Below are positions 37,599 through 50,212 of a stretch of 64,000 nt of DNA, piece by piece (the stretch's first letter is position 1; every line of letters starts with the position of its first letter). The stretch is taken from positions 9,763 to 73,762 of the forward strand of contig NW_021835979.1 of assembly GCF_006345805.1 (NCBI RefSeq). The letters run 5' to 3'. Under the pieces are notes generated by a model. It was not told the origin of the DNA. It ran no database searches and saw nothing but the letters and a program-made list of their open reading frames with translations. Origin of the DNA: Octopus sinensis (lineage: Eukaryota). The translations under genes and the position numbers were made by a program.

Positions 37599-37995
37599 TC
37601 TTTAAATATGAAAGTGAAGTTGTGTGTCTGTCTCCTACGATTTAGATTCCTAACTACTCCCACATTTTGCGGTGCAGTTTAACCCAAACCGGGTATCTTA
37701 TAGTCGTGATTCATATCGAGCCCTTCTGGGTATTAGCGCGCGTCTACGAAGAGTCTACGATTTAAAAAAAAAATTACCATAATTTTTTTCCATTTTAATG
37801 TATTTTTTCGCTATTATATAAGGGAAGTAACTCTCTAAAAATGTCTACGATGAGTCAACGATTTAAAAAAAAATTTACCATAATTTTTTTTCCATTTTTA
37901 GTGCATTTTTTTCTATTTTTTGGCTATAACTCTCTAAAAATGCTTACATAGTTATTTCCCTTACAAACCCGAGCAACGCCGGGCGATACTGCTAG
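37599..37995 (+). mobile_element. Non-autonomous Helitron
   Basis: A|TC...CTAG|T boundaries; subterminal hairpin cccgagcaacgccggg (37968-37983); internal ~100-bp tandem duplication. Confidence 0.85.
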
Positions 37996-38384
37996 TCCTC
38001 CATAAATTTCTAAAGCGGAACAACCACCCGACTGGTAGAGGGTTGTGAGCGCCTGGCGACAATCTAGGTGCCAGGCGCGCAGTCTCGGTCTTTTCTTCAA
38101 ACAACAAGAACAACAACAATAAATCAACAACAACTGAATGTTGATGATGATGATGACGATGAGAATAATGATAAAGATGAAGATGGTGATAATAAGAACA
38201 ATGACAATTATAATATTGGTTTCAAAATTTGCGTTCTGAGGTCAAATTCCGCCGAGGTCGAGTTTGCCTTTCATTCTTTCGGAGTCGATAAATTAAGTAC
38301 CAGTTGCGTACTGGGATCGATCTAATCGAATGGCTCCCTCATCCAAAATTTCGGGCCTTGTGCTTAGAGTAGAAAAGAATATTA

Positions 38385-38967
38385 AAGGTGGTGAGCTGCC
38401 AGAGACGTTAGTACGCCGGGTGAAATGCTTAGCGGTATTTTGTCTGCCGCTACGTTCTGAGTTCAATTTCCGCCGAGGTCGACTTTGCCTTTCATCCTTT
38501 CGGGGTCGATTAAATAAGTACCAGCTACGCACTGGGGTCGATATAATCGACTTAATCCGTTTGTCTGTCCTTGTTTGTCCTCTCTGTGTTTAGCCCCTTG
38601 TGGGTAGTAAAGAAATAGGTATTTCGTTTGCCGTTACATTCTGAGTTCAAATTCCGCCGGGTCGACTTTGCCTTTCATCCTTTCGGGGTCGATTAAAAAG
38701 TACCAGCTACGCACTGGGGTCGATATAATCGACTTAATCCGTTGTCCTGTCCTTGTTTGTCCTCTCTGTGTTTAGCCCCTTGTGGGTAGTAAAGAAATAG
38801 GTATTTCGTTTGCCGTTACATTCTGAGTTCAAATTCCGCCGAGGTCGACTTTGCCTTTCATCCTTTCGGGGTCGATAAATTAAGTACCAGTTGCGTACTG
38901 GGGTCGATCTAATCGTCTGGCCCCCTGTCCAAAAATTTCAGTCTTTGTGCCTACAGAAGAAAAGAAT
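38385..38967 (+). mobile_element. SINE B tandem array (B1 full, B1 truncated, B2 truncated), preceded by a B2 fragment at 38228-38380
   Basis: Two identical junctions AAAGAAATA|GGTATTTCG at 38617/8 and 38799/800. Confidence 0.92.
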
Positions 38968-39429
38968 ACTGGTTTCAAATTTTGGCACAGGGCCAGCAGT
39001 TTTATTGAGCGGAGGAGCAAACTGATTGCATTGACCCAGTACTTGACTTGTACTTATTCTATCGACCCCGAAATGCTGAAAGTCAAAGTTGACTACAGCA
39101 GAATTTGAGCTCAGAGCAAAACGACGGACGAAATGCCGCTAAGTATGTTATCCAGCGTGTTAACGTTTCTGCCAGCCCACCACCTTAATAATAACAAGAA
39201 CAGCAACAACAATAATAAAACTCCTTTCTACTATGCCCAAGGTCTGAAATTTAGTGGGAGGAGACAAACATTTTGTGCGACGCGCTAATGATTCTGTCAT
39301 CTTGTCGGCTTAAAAATAATGACAATGAAACCACAACAGCAACAATAACACTAATGATGATGATGATGATGTTGAAGAAGAGAAGAATCATGATGGTGAC
39401 GAAGATGGTGATAATAATAACCGTCATAA

Positions 39430-39463
39430 TTATAATGATGGTTATTATTATTATTATTATTAA

Positions 39464-39511
<48 letters not shown>

Positions 39512-39570
39512 CATTATTATTATTATTATTATTATTATAACATATTATTATTATTATTATTATTATTATA

Positions 39571-39635
<65 letters not shown>
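39430..39635. repeat. (ATT)n microsatellite
   Basis: Directly visible. Confidence 0.97.
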
Positions 39636-40285
39636 AAACTAATTAGTTTGAAACAGACAAAGTTTAGTAATCGAACTGAAAGACACTTACCTCACCACCA
39701 CCACCACCACTGTCACCACTATCACCATCACCACCACCATCATCATTAGCACCATCTAAGCCACCACATCGTCATCATCGCCTAACCCTATAACACTCAC
39801 AACAACACCTAACAAAACTTCACATTCGTCCCCTTTTTGTTCCCCCTTCAACCACCACCACCACCATCACCACCACCACCGCCACCCGCAATCAGATTAA
39901 TTAACTGATAATATGTGATATTTATTAGTTGGAAACCGTGTGTCGGAAGCAGATGCGAATCATCGGAGATTGGACAGACGTTGGTCGATGAATGCTGACC
40001 AGAGAGGTAGGTAGGTAGGTAGGTAGGTAGGTAGGTAGGACATAGCGAGAGAAAGGAACAAGAAGAGAAGCGAAATGGGGGAGAATAAGGAGGAGATAAA
40101 GGGGAGAGGAGGTGGTAAGTTTGGAAAACAAATGACTCATAATTTGTTTTAATGAGGTGGTTTTGTTGAGGTTTTCTCGTGGGCAGACTAAATTATGTAT
40201 ATGGATTTCTGTGTTTGTGGCTTTGTGTGTATCTGCACGTATGTATGTGTACACATATAAATATATAAACATTCATATATATAAT

Positions 40286-40345
<60 letters not shown>

Positions 40346-40671
40346 TACATATATATACATATATATATATATACATATACATATATATATATATATATAA
40401 TACACATATATATATATATGCATGAGTGTACATAGTATATATTGTTATATGTATGCACACACGCACACACACACATATATCTTTTACTTGTTTCAGTCAT
40501 TAGACTGCGGCCATGCTGGGGCACCGCCTTAAAATCTTTTTAGTTGTTTGAACCATCCCCGGTACTTATATCTTTAAAGGCGTGGCACTTATTCTATCGG
40601 TGTCTTTGGCCAAACGTCTAAGTTACGAGGAAGCAATAACCCACGCCTATATATATATATATATGAACTCT

Positions 40672-40709
<38 letters not shown>

Positions 40710-40796
40710 AGAGTTCACGAAAAAAACAAAAGACGAAGATAGGTGGTGTACAAAACAAACAGATGCATTAGTATAACATTCAGGAATTGAAAAAGT

Positions 40797-40832
40797 CTTT
40801 TACGTTTCGAGCCTACGCTCTTCTACAGAAAG
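40797..40832 (-). ncRNA. Minimal hammerhead-like motif with variant core (CUGUAGA)
   Basis: Reverse complement: cttt-CTGTAGA-a-gagc(gtag)gctc-GAAA-cg-TA-aaag. All three stems are satisfied as a dimer (ACGT). Confidence 0.6.
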
Positions 40833-40965
40833 GGACACAGAAAATAAACAAGGAGGGAAACAAAGAGAGAAAAAAAATGTGTGTAGTGGCTACCGATCTA
40901 TCGACTTAAAATGCGTATGCGTATATTAATACATATCGGCACACATGAACATTTAAAAAATGTAT

Positions 40966-41366
40966 TTACTCTTTTACTTGTTTCAGTCATTTCACTGTGG
41001 CCATGCTGGAGCACCGCCTTTAGTCGAGCAAATCGACCCCAGGACTTATTCTTGGTAAGCCTAATACTTATTCTATCGGCCTCTTTGCTGAACCGCTAAG
41101 TGACGGGGACGTAAACACACCAGCATCGGTTGTCAAGCGTTATTGGGGAGACAAACACAGACACACAAACATATGCACACACATACATATATACATGTAT
41201 ATACATATATACGACGGGCTTCTTTCAATTTCCGTCAACCAAATCCACTCACAAGGCTTTGGTCGGCCCGAGGCTACAGTAGAAGACACTTGCGCAAGGT
41301 GCCACGCAGTGGGACTGAATCGGGAACCATGTGGTTGGTAACCAAGCTACTTACCACACAGCCACA
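40966..41366 (-). mobile_element. SINE family C, near full length
   Basis: Reverse complement of the C consensus. Confidence 0.9.
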
Positions 41367-41423
41367 CAAGTACATGTAAATAAAACCAATGTGAGAAAAA
41401 GAGGACTGGAAAAAATAATTGTA

Positions 41424-42067
41424 CAGAAATTAAGAGCGGTTAAGAGTTTCGATTAAAAGATCCATAGAGTTCGGTGCATTTCTTTAAAATATTGTTTGTA
41501 TTGGCTCCTTTCTGTCTCGGGAGACAATGGAGTTGCGCATTGAAGTAGTCTAGTCCGGCTTTTATATTTTGTCCTGATACATTTCCTGCTGTGGCTGTGT
41601 AGTCCTATCCTGGACAAAACTCCCTCTGCAGGTACCGCAAATGTAGCGAAGACTGTTCCTGGCTGGTTGTAGTGCCATAGTCTCTTGTTTACGTCTCTCC
41701 TTTCTTTCCTTCTCCTCTCTCCTCTCTCTCTCTCTCTCTCTCTGTCACTCTTTGTATTCCCTCTTTTACGGTACGTCGCCATTCTCCACAGTTGCCGGCA
41801 ACTGCCTCACAACCGCTAATATTGATGTTGCAGGCCTTCATGTCCCTTTTGCAAACATCCTTGTAACGTAAGATCGATCTACTCACAGACCTAGTACCCC
41901 TAGCAAGCTCTCCGTAGAGTATGTCCTTATAAATATAAATGGTATAGAATGGTTCTATAAATATATAGAACTGCTAAAAATAAGTGCTCAGAGAATTTAT
42001 CTAATGTATTTAAAGTATATGATCTATGGATCTTTTAATCGAAACTCTTAACCGCTCTTAATTTCAG
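41424..42067. mobile_element. TA-flanked MITE with 43-bp perfect inverted repeats, containing an RTE fragment
   Basis: gaaattaagagcggttaagagtttcgattaaaagatccataga (41426-41468) is the exact reverse complement of 42023-42065; TA at 41422-23 and 42068-69. Confidence 0.8.
41490..41927 (-). mobile_element. RTE-clade LINE 3' end
   Basis: ILYGELARGTRSVSRSILRYKDVCKRDMKAC...WRRTVKEG and SRIGLHSHSRKC; RTE-like 3' UTR tccattgtctcccgagacaga. Confidence 0.88.
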
Positions 42068-42288
42068 TACGAGGATGACACGCAAATTCGTGAAGGTTTC
42101 CATATTTTCTATTCATAGCCGCAGGCGTGGCTGTGTTGTAAGAAACTTGTTCCCCAGTATCATGGTTCCGGGTTCAGTCCCACTGCATGGCACCTTGTGC
42201 AGGTGTCTTCTGTATAGCCTAGCACCGACCAAAACTTTGTTAGTAGATTTGGTAGACGGAAACCGAAAGAAGCCCGCCGTATAAATAA

Positions 42289-42324
<36 letters not shown>

Positions 42325-42724
42325 CATATAAGATATAAGAGGGAATGACCACTAAGTGGACATGCATTATGCTAGAAGTCGACCCCCTATGGTCTTACCA
42401 CTAAGAAAGGAATGTTCTCAAGAAAATATAGCAAACGCCAGAACGTAAGCGACCAAGACAAATGAAAAGATACAAAATATACAGATTAATCACGAACCAG
42501 TTTCTGGTTTGTGATTAGACCATAGGGGGGTCCACTTCTAGCATAGCGGTAAGACCATAAGGAGTCCACTTCTAGCATAATGGATGTCCACTTAGTGGTC
42601 ATCATTCTTATATGTATGTGATATAATTTATCTGAATCTTCAAATTTCTCTATATACTAGACCACTGTTTTTTAAATGAATTTAATCAAATATTCAATTT
42701 TTCATCCTTATTATTTTAAATTTA

Positions 42725-42772
<48 letters not shown>

Positions 42773-42817
42773 TATATATATCTGTGTTGTCTGTCTCTCA
42801 CCCACCACCGCTTGACA

Positions 42818-43177
42818 ACGCCAGGTGAAATACTTAGCGGTATTCGTCCGTTCAAATTCCGCCGAGGTCGACTTTGCCTTTCATCCTTTCGGGGGTCGAT
42901 AAATTAAGTACCAGTTACGCACTGGGGTCGATATAATCGACTTAATCCGTTTGTCAGTCCTTGTTTGTCCTCTCTGTGTTTAGCTCCTTGTGGGTAGTAA
43001 AGAAATAGGTATTTCGTCCGTCTTTACGTTCTGAGTTCAAATTCCGGCGAAGTCGACTTCGTCTTTCATCCTTTCGGGGTCGATAAATTAAGTATCAGTT
43101 GCGTACTGGGGTCCCTCTGATCGACTGGCCTCTTTCCCGCAAACATTTCGGACCTTGTGCTTAGAGTAGAAAAGAAT
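42818..43177 (+). mobile_element. SINE B2 host with a nested 5'-truncated B1 (42851-43007)
   Basis: TSD ggtattcgtccg (42839-42850) / ggtatttcgtccg (43008-43020). Confidence 0.88.
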
Positions 43178-43251
43178 ATAACTTATATTTATCTCTTAAC
43201 AATGTAACTTATACGTATCACTCAATGATACAACTACTTCTCCTTATGACT

Positions 43252-43644
43252 GGATGGGAGCACTCCGTCGGTTACGACGACGAGGGTTCCGGTTGATCCG
43301 ATCAACGGAACAGCCTGCTCGTGAAATTAACGTGTGAGTGGCTGAGCACTCCACAGTCACGTGTACCCTTAACGTAGTTCTCGGGGATATTCAGCGTGAC
43401 ACAGAGAGTGACAAGGCCGGGCCTTTGAAATACAGATACAACAGAAACAGGAAGTAAGAGTGAGAGTGAGAGAAAGTTGTGGTGAAAGAGTACAGCAGGG
43501 ATCACCACCATCCCCTGCCGGAGCCTTGTGGAGCTTTAGGTGTTTTCACTCAATAAACACTCACAACACCCGGTCTGGGAATCGAAACCTCGATCCTATG
43601 ACCGCGAGTCCGCTGCCCTAACCACTGGGCCATTGCGCCTCCAC
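43252..43644 (-). mobile_element. SINE family A, full length
   Basis: TSD cttatgact at 43243-43251 and 43645-43653. Confidence 0.95.
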
Positions 43645-43904
43645 CTTATGACTAACGTTCCCCAAATACACATAACACAATTATTTTCATACCAATATTA
43701 ATAACTAAGGATTTATTTAATAAAACATCCATTATAGATATACTTAGATCAAGCTAGAGACACCTAAATTGCTACAGGTCGCCTTTCTGTGTCTGAGTCA
43801 TGTGCATATCTACTGTTCAAAATATTGATCGAGAATCTGACCGTTCTCATCACCAGTTATGAAAATTCTTCAATTCATAATGGTTTAAATGCATCTTTTC
43901 ATTC

Positions 43905-44186
43905 TTTTACTTGATCCAGTCAGTAGACGGAATCAAACCATGCTGGGGCACCACCTTGAAGTGTTTAATCGAACAACCCGGCCGCAGTACTTTTTTTCTC
44001 TAAGCTCGGTACTCAGTGTATCAGTCTTCTTTTTGCAGAAAAGCAAATAAACCAGCCCCGGTTCTCAGGCAATGGTGAACACACACACACACACATATAG
44101 TATCGGTCTCTTTTTGCGGAAAAGCAAATAAACCAACCCGGGTTCTCAGGCAATGGTGAACACACACACACACACAGACACACACA

Positions 44187-44218
<32 letters not shown>

Positions 44219-44380
44219 GACGGGCTTCTTTTCATTTTCCGTCCACCAAACGGAAAGTCACAAGGCTTTATTCGGCCTGTGGCTATAGTAGAAGATACCT
44301 GCCTTAATTTGCGTGTAATGGAACTGAACCCGGAACCATGTGTTTGAGAACCAAACTTCTTACCACACAGCCACGCCTGC
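43905..44380 (-). mobile_element. SINE family C, diverged, with an internal ~75-bp duplication
   Basis: C head, core and tail present; duplicated tctttttgc.gaaaagcaaataaacca...ggtgaacacac. Confidence 0.75.
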
Positions 44381-44534
44381 CCCTATTTTTTTTTCATAAA
44401 TTCTTTGATGAATATTGTAAAATATTAGTTCCAAAATATTAAATATTTATTTTCGCTTCATCATATGCCACATGTCCTTAAGAGCTTTTGTCGTAGGAAC
44501 TGCTACCTCAATCTATTTGTATTAGGGATTCAGT

Positions 44535-44575
<41 letters not shown>

Positions 44576-44906
44576 CATATACATTCATGCATACATATGC
44601 ATAGATACATGCATGCATATACATACATACATAAATAAAAACACACACACATAAATATATACATATATATACATATAAAAATATATACATATATAAATAT
44701 ATACATATATAAATATATACATATATACATACAAACACAAACACATACACACACGCAAACAAACATATACATTCATGCATACATATGCATAGATACATGT
44801 ATGCGTATACATACATACATACATACATACATACATACATAAAAACATACACACACAAATATATACATATATATACATATATAAATATATACATATATAC
44901 ATACAA

Positions 44907-44967
<61 letters not shown>

Positions 44968-45439
44968 TATATATGTATATATACGCATATATATCACGAT
45001 GTCGTTCACGTGGGAGTAAATTATTTCAATTAGGAAGCGACCACAACCTGATGATTGCCCAAATGACAAAACAAAGGAGCCGCCATCCCACCCAACCCCC
45101 CAAAACAGGGACAAGAGAAGAGCAACATATGATTAATTTCGGAAAAATTACCAGAAAAACTCTTTTCGTGATTCATATTTACCTTTGCGACGACATATTA
45201 GTAAATTTTCGATTACGAATGCACGGTGAACATCTCAAGAACTCTTGGAAATTGGAGAAAATGGTTTACGGCAATGTTTCAAGAAGATTAAAGAGTTTCT
45301 CAACGAAGCAGGAATAAATTGGCAAATTGGATTTTCCGGTGAGCTTTGTTCATTCCACTTAATTTATATATAAAATCATGTTGGCGTAGTTTGTGGTTGA
45401 TCTCTCAGAAATAGAAGCTAATCAAAGAAACATTTTGAT

Positions 45440-45722
45440 AACCTATACATACATACATACATACATACATACATACATACATACATACATACATGCATGC
45501 ATGCATACATACATCATAATACATATATACATACATACATACATACATACATACATACATACATACATGCATGCATACATACATACATACATACATACAT
45601 ACGTACATACAAACATACATACATACATACATACATACATACATACATACATACATGCATACATAATACATACATGCATACATACATATATACATACATA
45701 TATATATATATATACATACATG

Positions 45723-45754
<32 letters not shown>

Positions 45755-45845
45755 CATGAACGCATTCATTTAGCGCTACATGCAGACATAGATAGCTACA
45801 AACTTACGTATATGAGTGTGTGGTGTATATATATATATATATATT

Positions 45846-45879
<34 letters not shown>

Positions 45880-46097
45880 CGTGTGTGTATATGTGCGCAT
45901 GTCTATTTGTATAAGTGTGTGTATGTGAGTATGAGTCATAACTTGTTGGTCAAAATATTAACCATAGATGTAGTTTCATCATATAATTCACTGATAAAAG
46001 TTAGGTTACTCTTCCTTCTCCTCCTCTCCCTCGTACTGCAACGAAATGATTGTCTGTTGCTGCTGCTGCAACTACCACCACCACCACCACCACCACC

Positions 46098-46133
<36 letters not shown>

Positions 46134-46270
46134 CCGTCACCACCACCGCCGCCGCCGCTACCACCACCACCACCGCCACCGCCGCCGTCGCCGCCGCCAC
46201 CACCGTCACCACCACCACCGCCGCCGCCGCCGCTACCACCACCACCACCACCACCACCACCACCACCACC

Positions 46271-46309
<39 letters not shown>

Positions 46310-46310
46310 G

Positions 46311-46340
<30 letters not shown>
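45440..46340. repeat. (CATA)n, (TA/TG)n and (CAC/CGC/TAC)n microsatellite blocks
   Basis: Directly visible. Confidence 0.9.
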
Positions 46341-46341
<1 letters not shown>

Positions 46342-46679
46342 GCATTACATTTGACCGAAAGATAGATTCACGTTAGCGTACTGCTGGACAAACATTTCAC
46401 AATTTGTATTTTGTGACCGAAATCACACACACCTAAAAACCCCTCAAATCTGAAATAACCAGAGTACAATTCAAGGCCGGAGTCGCAATTCAGTGTGACG
46501 AGCGGAGGCATTTTGATAGGCGTTTTGATACGCAATTGCGCTGGATTCAAATTGTCCTGTTAAAATATGGCAGCAGGAATGGGTTCCTATCATATGATAA
46601 TGCAATATCCATAAGATTAATGCAATACGTTACAAGAAAATCTCTCAAATCACTTGGTCATACCATAATTAAAACAGCG

Positions 46680-46786
46680 TGGAAGCACTCCGTCGGTTTC
46701 GACGGCGAGGGTTCCGGTTGATCCGAATCAACGGAACAGCCTGCTCGTGAAATTAACGTGTAAGTGGCTGAGCACTCCACAGACAC
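46680..46786 (-). mobile_element. SINE family A, 3' tail only (5'-truncated)
   Basis: ggaagcactccgtcgg...gagcactccac. Confidence 0.9.
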
Positions 46787-47089
46787 ATACATATATACAT
46801 ACATATATGTACATACCTACATATATATGTATATATACATGCATATATCCTTAAATCCTTAAAAATGTTTTAGCCCGAAGGCCGCGGCCATGCTGGAGCA
46901 CCACCGCCATATGGGTATAGGACATAAAAAAAAACATGGACAGAATGAGAAACGAGAACATAACAAAAACATAGAAAAGAACTTTTTTCGAAGAACGAAA
47001 AAAACCCCAAACAAACAGAGAAACGAGACATGCACCATAAAGTATATTCCCTTCATCAGTTGCCCCTTGTTTTATCTACTGTAAAGAAC

Positions 47090-49560
47090 CGGAAGGAATG
47101 CCGCTAAGCATTTTGTCCGACGTGCTAATGATTCTACTAGTTAAAGTTAACCGCTTTCAAAACGACTTAATAATCCTTTCTTCTATAGACAAAAGGCCTG
47201 AAGTATTGTGGGGAAGGAATAGTTAGTTACATCGATCCCAGTTTTCAATGACCCCGAAAACAATGAAAGTCAAAGTTGACCTCGACGGAATTTGAACTCA
47301 AATCGTGAAGACAGACGAAATGCCGCGGAACACTTTGCCCGGCGTGCTAACGATTCTGCCAGCTCAACGCCTTTCAAAGCAATTTATTTAATATCCTTTC
47401 TACTAAAATTTTGGGGGAGGAAGAAAGTCGATCACATCGACCCCAGTACTTGGCTGGTACTTAATTTATCGATCCCGAAAAGATGAAAGGCAAACTCGAC
47501 CTCGGTGGAATTTAAACTCAGAATGTAAAGACGGACGAAATGTTGCTAAGCATTTTGTCCGGCATGCTAACGATTCTGTCAGCACGCCGCCTTTCAAAAA
47601 ATAATAAAAGGGTGCTAGGTTATAGGCTGACTGGATGTTTAACTCAGGGGATAAATATCTGGCATTCAAGGGATCTAACCTTAGCTGAGCAGTTTCTCGG
47701 TTACAGACTGACAATAAACTACGCCCTCTTCGGTCATTTTATGATGTAAAAGACATCTACAAAAAAAAAAAAAAAACTGTTGAAATATGGACAATTCTCT
47801 TGGGCTCTTTAAACTGAGAAGGATAGGAAAATAAAACAGTTCTATCTCACATTTGGTAGAAAAATAGCAAAGCGCAATAGATTATCAAATCAACAACAGT
47901 GTATGCTTGCTACGTATTTTTTCGACACTGTAAACTGAAAAAAGAAGTCAACCTTGATGGTATATGAGCTCATAATACCAGGACAAAATACCATAAAGAG
48001 TTTTAGGTTGGTATATTATCATGCTGGTTCATCCTACTGCTCATTGTAAATATGATAATGGTTTATGATTTAAAAACGGTTGTTTCTTGATAGTCACACG
48101 GTTGGAAATTTATAGGGAGGGGGTTGTCAGGTTATCTGGTTAAATCGCCTCCAGTCATTGATGAGTACTTTATTTTATGGATCCTGGTAGAATGGAAGGT
48201 GAAGATGACCTCAGCGAGATTTGAACTCAAAACGTAAAAGCACGAATACCTATTTCTTTATTACCCACAAGGGGCTAAACATAGAGGAGACAAACATGGA
48301 CAGACATAGGTATTATGTCGATTATTTCGACCCCAGTGCTTAACTGGTACTTAATTTATCGACCCCGAAAGGATGAAAGGCAAAGTCGACCTCGGTGGAA
48401 TTTGAACTCACAACGTAACGGCAGCCGAAATACCGCTAAGCATTTCGCCCGACGTGCTACGATTCTGCTAGCTCGCTGCCTTAAAAGCATGAATACCGTA
48501 ATGCCTTTTATTTGTTACTCTAACGATTTCGCCAATAAATTGTTCTTTGTCGAAAATATTATAGCTTCAAATAAACGCCAGTTCGTCTCTGGTATTTATT
48601 TATCCTCGTTACCACGTCGGACAAAGTGCTTAGCAGCATTTTTTCCGGCTTTACCTCCTTAGTTCAAATGGTACCGAGGCCGACTTTGTCTTTCATTTTT
48701 TCGAGGTCGTTAAAATAAGTATCACTTGAGTAGGGGAGTTGATGTGATCGACTATACCCTCCCCCATAATTTCAAGATTTTTGCTTGTAGCAGAAAAAAA
48801 AATGATCGGAAGTATGAAAGGCAAAGTTGACCGGACGAGGTTTGAACTCAGAATGTAAAGAGACAAATATTGGAGGGAACTTTGATACTCTAACGATTCG
48901 GCCAGTCTGTTTCCTCCTTGTCATAAGCATACTAACTTCAAATCAATCCTAGTGCTACGTGATATTAACTTTAATTATCCTCTGAAGAATGGAAATCGAC
49001 ATCAGCCTCGGCTGGATTTGAACTCAGAACGTAAAGGTATCTCTGTACTGTCAAGTATTTTATTCTGTTGCCCTACTGACTCTACTCACTTCATCCCTCC
49101 TCGGAAATTGTAATAACCACTTTTAACACAGGAAAGAAGACCACGCACTTTAAGGATGGGGTTTAGTTAATGATATCGTGATTGCTACTTCATTTTAATG
49201 ATCCTGAAAGGATCAAAGACAAAAACAGCTTCCACTGGATTTGAAGATCATGCCGTAAAAGTATGTTAAGTAGCGTAAGTAGTTTAGTTTGATACTCGAC
49301 CAATTCTACAACCCAGCTCTTGGAAATTATAGTAATGATAATCCTTTCTACTGAAGACAGAAGGCCTGAAATTTTGGGGGAGGAGACTAGCCGATCACGT
49401 TGGCTCTAGTGTTTCATTGGTACTTGATTTATCGACCCCCGAAAGGATGAAAGACAAAGTCGACCTCGACGGAATTTGAACTCAGAACGTAAAGACGGAC
49501 GAAATATCACAAAGCATTTTGTCCGGCGTACTAACGATTCTGTCAGCTCGCCGCCTTAAC
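47090..49560. mobile_element. Dense cluster of old and young SINE B copies (mostly minus strand)
   Basis: Repeated AAAGTCGACCTCGGCGGAATTTGAACTCAGAACGTAA-like cores at varying divergence. Confidence 0.8.
48251..48481 (-). mobile_element. Full SINE B1 nested in an old diverged B copy
   Basis: 16-bp TSD taaaagcacgaatacc (48235-48250) / taaaagcatgaatacc (48482-48497), i.e. GGTATTC.TGCTTTTA on the element strand. Confidence 0.9.
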
Positions 49561-50166
49561 TATAATAATAAATTTCAGATGTTGGTCTAAGTATTTTAAA
49601 ATTATTAAAAAAATTTTTAGAAAGATACACACCACGGGACAAAAATGGAATAAGGAGGACAAAAGGAGACACATTGGATAGAAAGTTACTGATGAGGTCA
49701 CAGAATATATGATGAAAGAATTTTGACAGTCGTATAAATTAAAAGTAATACGAATAAAAACTGAAGTGAAGATCGAATAAATAATGTGTGTTTAATTGAC
49801 AAAAAAATGACTATTCCCAAGTATTAGATGTATATATTTTAGATGTATTTGAAAACTAAGCTATAACTGCGAAGAAGCTCCTCAATTTTCTTCCAACTTC
49901 TTCACAGTAATGGGTTTAGGGTCTATATAACATTCCAAATATTTGTGTGTGTGTGTAAGGGAGCATAGGGTGAAGGGGGAGAGAGAGATTCCATTCCGTT
50001 CCTTTGTAGCCACCAGCAAAAAAAAAAAAAAGTAAGAAAATAAAGTGCAGATTTACAAGACATTAAACGCAAGAACTGCTTTGCTATATATATATATATG
50101 TATATATATATATGTTATATATGTATATATATATATATAATTATTTATATATATATATATAATCAT

Positions 50167-50212
<46 letters not shown>

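Noticed and set aside
49685-49730. CTGATGA...GAAA at ~49690 (and CTGAAGA at ~49345 and ~53416)
   Set aside because: Stems I and III cannot be formed; these are chance or SINE-derived matches.
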